Shown here: positions 61,101-64,000 of the stretch, piece after piece
Layout: each line of letters begins with the position of its first letter
How positions within the stretch are numbered: position 1 is the stretch's first letter
Source: an uncultured Gemmatimonadales bacterium
Lineage (GTDB): Bacteria; Gemmatimonadota; Gemmatimonadetes; Longimicrobiales; RSA9
Assembly (NCBI GenBank): GCA_963783305.1
Contig: CAWAMW010000016.1
Coordinates: 544,001-608,000 of the forward strand
Length of the DNA stretch: 64,000 bases
Direction of reading: 5' to 3'
Position numbers and translations under genes: made by a program
The notes under the pieces: model-generated
What the model was told of the DNA's origin: nothing
The model's input: only the letters and a program-made list of their open reading frames with translations
Database searches by the model: none

Positions 61101-61494
61101 CTGGCTGGCCGACGAGGATGACCCGCTGGAGAGCCCCATCGAGATCTCGGCCTCGCCGAGGGGGAAGCGTACCCAGAGGATCCACCTGCTCAGCGGTGGC
61201 GAGCGCGCCCTCACCTCGCTCGCGCTCCTGTTCGCCATCTACCTCGTGAAACCGAGCCCGTTCTGCGTCCTCGACGAGGTGGACGCGCCGCTGGACGAGG
61301 CGAACATCGGTCGCTTCCTCGGGATGCTCGACCGCTTCAAGAGCGAGACACAGTTCATCGTCGTGACCCACAACCCGCGTACCATGGAAGCCGCCGACTG
61401 GATCTACGGCGTCACCATGGAGGAGCCGGGGGTGAGTTCCATCGTGGGCGTGCACCTGGACGATGCCGCCGAGGCGGCCGTCCCTGCGGCATAA
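58117..61494 (+). CDS. smc: chromosome segregation protein SMC (short hinge)
   Basis: GFKSF, GPNGCGKSN, FEEAAGI, long coiled coils, LSGGE, LDEVDAPLD. Confidence 0.95.
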   Translation: MRVRKLQLYGFKSFADRTELEFHEGITAIVGPNGCGKSNISDAIRWVLGEQRPGAIRGSRMEEAIFQGTQKRRAVNRAEVALVVDNSDRRLPVPQEEVEIRRTVHREGGSDYELNRENVRLKDILDMCRDTGLGANAYAIIEQGMVDSLLSDKADERRQVFEEAAGIGRYKDRRKVARRRLDAAEDDVSRLDDVISEVQTKVRSLARQRSRAERYQTLRDRRLAVEVTVAQLHLEMLRDSLTDAQARLAELTELQPTAKAELSTAEAELERRRLETADISRQRGARAARLEEVNRQISQRERELAVAEERRGHSQRRLQQIKTERVETRERVATLRSEIQALTDDLTTRQRALQDLAVRVAEAQERQKMLREELSVAREAEHETRTRQEELGERIAQLRAAGQAGRARAADAEERTDRLALEHEELEAELARLEEQGDLFAHRARELSDTEAGAREEVDSCRARLAGLREEELESRRTLTEAEDRENLLSARVAALEALERDYHGFSPAVAAALEDRESLEGLVGPLAELLDLPDTRAAAVEEAVGAILQVLVVEDEPALDRLRRWVGEHGPQQGVLALLVQDDLERVRDLVAAFEFAGEPASEPVLLRRRERLRELRSQAEEAARTREALAAARSSLAAKVEEAESEVRELEEKARGLEMELRRLDADEAARSGQRARTERNRDELEQRRAGLRAAAEQARAEAARADEEVGELGKKLERLQDRRHDADEALAERQGAWEEVRDEVSELRIAHAREEASLAELDRRRSSAETSLSHAEARLDALDTEEKEHQVAIAELEEVRQGGGAELETFFAQREEAAESLRGFDERLTRANEAAEELERRSRKLRGIAESSGEERHKLELRMTEAAAAERRIRERLEVEWDRPYDQLVEQVEPVEGDLDPLKSELQQVIHDLDRLGAINMLAVEEYDEEKERLDFLETQRADLGQARDDLQKAIREINRTAKQLFTDTFNQVRHNFQTTFQTLFEGGQCDVWLADEDDPLESPIEISASPRGKRTQRIHLLSGGERALTSLALLFAIYLVKPSPFCVLDEVDAPLDEANIGRFLGMLDRFKSETQFIVVTHNPRTMEAADWIYGVTMEEPGVSSIVGVHLDDAAEAAVPAA

Positions 61495-61518
61495 GCCAAC
61501 CCTTCGCAGCGTATCGAG

Positions 61519-62295
61519 ATGCCGAAGCTCACGGTGGTGGGGTGCGGTACCGCTGCACCGGAGCCCCAGCGCGTATGCAGCGGGTACTGGCTGGAGTCCG
61601 GGGGAGAGCGGCTCCTCATGGACTGCGGACCCGGGGTCGTGCATGGGATGGCGCGACACGGCCTGCCGTGGCCGCACCTCGACCACCTCCTGATCTCCCA
61701 CTTCCACAATGATCACATCGGCGACATCCCGATGCTCCTGTTCGCGCTCAAGTGGGGAACCCGGGAGCGGCGGACGGCGCCGCTCACGGTCTGGGCGCCC
61801 GAGGGCATGCAGTCCCGGCTCACCGCCATGGCGGCTGCATTCGGGGGCCACGTGGCCGATCCGGGGTTCCCCCTCGTCGTGCGACAGGTAGGGCCCGGGG
61901 ACGATTTCCAGATCGGGCCGTTCCAGGTGGCTGCCGCGAAGACGCCGCACACCGCCGAATCGCTCTGCTATACGGTGGCGGACGGCGCCGGCGCGATCGG
62001 GTACACGGGTGACACCGGCCCCTCCATGGACGTCGCGCACTTCATGGCGGGCTGCGACGTCATGATCGCCGAATGCTCGCTCCCCGACGACAGCGCCATT
62101 CCCAGCCATCTCTCTCCCTCCTCGCTCGCCGAGATGGCGGAAGCGGCGGCACCCGGTCGCCTGCTGGTGGCGCACGTATACCCCTGGCTGGATGCGCTGG
62201 ACCCGCTGGGCCTTCTGCGTCAGGCCGGCTATGGGGGCGCGGCCATCCGGGCACGGGACGGTCTCGAGCTGACGGTCGGCGCTCCCCACAGCTAG
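61519..62295 (+). CDS. MBL-fold metallohydrolase (RNase Z-like)
   Basis: DCGPG, SHFHNDH, YTGDTG, H motifs. Confidence 0.85.
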   Translation: MPKLTVVGCGTAAPEPQRVCSGYWLESGGERLLMDCGPGVVHGMARHGLPWPHLDHLLISHFHNDHIGDIPMLLFALKWGTRERRTAPLTVWAPEGMQSRLTAMAAAFGGHVADPGFPLVVRQVGPGDDFQIGPFQVAAAKTPHTAESLCYTVADGAGAIGYTGDTGPSMDVAHFMAGCDVMIAECSLPDDSAIPSHLSPSSLAEMAEAAAPGRLLVAHVYPWLDALDPLGLLRQAGYGGAAIRARDGLELTVGAPHS

Positions 62296-62427
62296 GCGCT
62301 TCTGCCGCCCCGTTCCGCTGCGGACACCCTGTAGCACCGCCGCGCCATGGACGGCCCCTCCACTTCGATTTAGCTTCCGGTCGCGCCGTTCGGCAGCGCA
62401 ATCGATCCACCGACGTCAGGGAATGGC

Positions 62428-63468
62428 ATGCTCGTCGTGATGAACCACGGCGCGCCGGGGCAGGACATCCAGCGCGTCATCGAGACCATCGAAGAAATGG
62501 GATACGGCGCCCGCCCGATCCCTGGAAAACAGCGTACGGCCATCGGACTGGTCGGGAACGACGGTGGGGTGGATGCCGGTCGCCTGGAGGCACTTCCGGG
62601 AGTTCAGCAGGTCATCCAGGTCACGCGGCCGTACAAGCAGGTCTCCAGGGAGTGGCGGGAGGAGGCCACGGTAGTCGAGCTGCCGAATGGCACCCGGATC
62701 GGCGCGGGCGAAGTCGTATTCATGGCCGGTCCGTGCTCGGTGGAGTCGGAGCACCAGATCATCACGGCCGCCCACCAGGTGCGGGACGCCGGGGCCACGA
62801 TCCTGCGCGGCGGCGCTTTCAAGCCCCGCAGTTCGCCGTACGCCTTCCAGGGGCTGGGCGTCCCGGGGCTGGAGCTGCTGGCGAAGGCGCGGGCGGAGAC
62901 GGGGCTGGCGGTGGTCACCGAGGCGCTGGAGCCGGACCTGGTCGAAACCGTGGCCGAATACGCCGACATCGTGCAGATCGGCGCCCGCAACATGCAGAAC
63001 TACCCGTTGCTGCGTCGCGCCGGTCGGTGCGGCAAGCCGGTCCTCCTGAAGCGGGGAATGGCCGCCACGATCAACGAGCTGCTGCTCGCCGCCGAGTACA
63101 TCCTGAGCGAGGGCAACCCGAACGTCATCCTCTGCGAGCGGGGCGTGCGCAGCTTCGACGACCACACGCGGAACCTGCTGGACCTGACCGCGATCCCGGT
63201 GGTGAAGTCGCTGAGCCACCTGCCGATCATCGCCGATCCCAGCCACGGCACCGGCCTGCGGGCCAAAGTAGTGCCCATGGCGCGGGCCGCGGTGGCCGCG
63301 GGGGCGGACGGTCTCATGATCGAGGTCCATCCCGATCCGGACCACGCGCTCTCCGACGGCGCCCAGTCGCTGTACCCCGAGCAGTTCGTCGAGCTGCGGG
63401 AGCAGGTGGGCATCATCGCTGAGGCCATCGGGCGGCGGCTCGTCAAACCGCTGCCGGTTCCCGCGTAG
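62428..63468 (+). CDS. aroF: DAHP synthase (type I-beta with N-terminal ferredoxin-like domain)
   Basis: [38 protein letters not shown]. Confidence 0.95.
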   Translation: MLVVMNHGAPGQDIQRVIETIEEMGYGARPIPGKQRTAIGLVGNDGGVDAGRLEALPGVQQVIQVTRPYKQVSREWREEATVVELPNGTRIGAGEVVFMAGPCSVESEHQIITAAHQVRDAGATILRGGAFKPRSSPYAFQGLGVPGLELLAKARAETGLAVVTEALEPDLVETVAEYADIVQIGARNMQNYPLLRRAGRCGKPVLLKRGMAATINELLLAAEYILSEGNPNVILCERGVRSFDDHTRNLLDLTAIPVVKSLSHLPIIADPSHGTGLRAKVVPMARAAVAAGADGLMIEVHPDPDHALSDGAQSLYPEQFVELREQVGIIAEAIGRRLVKPLPVPA

Positions 63469-63570
63469 CCGGTCCCCGGCTTTCTCTCAGCGCGGCGCGG
63501 CCGATCCGGCCATTCCCGTGCCCCACGAGCACGGTGACTTTCCACGCGTACCCGCACCCGGTGGACGGCC

Positions 63571-63930
63571 ATGACCCGATCGCACGACCTGGGCAGGACG
63601 GGGGAGAGGCTCGCCGCTTCCTACCTGCGCCAGCGCGGCTGGAGCATCCTGGAGCGCAATTGGCGTTTTCACCACAAGGAGATCGATCTGGTGGTGCAGC
63701 GGGGGTGTCAGGTCGCCTTCGTGGAAGTGAAGAGCCGCGACGGGCGCTCTCTCGCGCACCCCTTCGAAAGCATCACAAGCGGCAAACGGCGGGACCTGGC
63801 CACAGCCGCCCGCGGGTGGATCGCCTTGCGGGGTACGGTGGGAGAGTCGTATCGATTCGACGCTGTGGCCGTGATCCGGGACGAAGCCGGAATGCGGCTC
63901 GAGCACGTGGAGGACGCCTGGCGGCCATGA
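63571..63930 (+). CDS. yraN: YraN family (UPF0102) nuclease-like protein
   Basis: G..GE..A..YL, ERNW, EIDLV, FVEVKSR, RFD. Confidence 0.9.
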   Translation: MTRSHDLGRTGERLAASYLRQRGWSILERNWRFHHKEIDLVVQRGCQVAFVEVKSRDGRSLAHPFESITSGKRRDLATAARGWIALRGTVGESYRFDAVAVIRDEAGMRLEHVEDAWRP

Positions 63931-64000
63931 GCGGAGGCCGGCCGGGGGGGGATTACCCGCAACCGGATCGGAGTGGAAGTGCAGTGGAGCTGAGGATGGA

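Noticed and set aside
56744..63930. Wadjet/Lamassu-type SMC defence system (SMC + MBL hydrolase + YraN)
   Set aside because: The SMC heads are of the housekeeping condensin type; no kleisin, kite or Toprim partners are present, and the neighbours are core genes.

Overview
High-GC, gene-dense core-genome window from a bacterium. Gene content and order suggest Gemmatimonadota, possibly Longimicrobiales-like (inference; no search was run). It holds about 65 CDS and one tRNA-Gln(TTG); no rRNA, CRISPR array, transposase, integrase or prophage is visible. Most genes are housekeeping: glmM-glmS-dtd-maf-glpK, recA, alaS, cca, rarA, hflX, pdxJ, ispE, prs-rplY-pth-hppA, ychF, rpsF-rpsR-rplI, rsfS, smc, aroF. 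Five signals stand out. (1) An smc whose hinge lacks its C-terminal half is translationally coupled to a membrane protein with a degenerate ParA/MinD/BY-kinase-like domain and SPOR repeats. (2) A 17-bp direct-repeat box is shared by recA and a UvrC/Cho-like gene (candidate SOS operator). (3) An ECF sigma/anti-sigma/toast-rack envelope-stress operon has three copies of a (T/C)GAAAC-N17-CGTA promoter, one built into the sigma stop codon and one before an M48 protease. (4) hflX probably uses a non-canonical start. (5) Several uncharacterised proteins have recognisable internal structure. Many starts were trimmed relative to the ORF track using RBS, gene overlap and family motifs.
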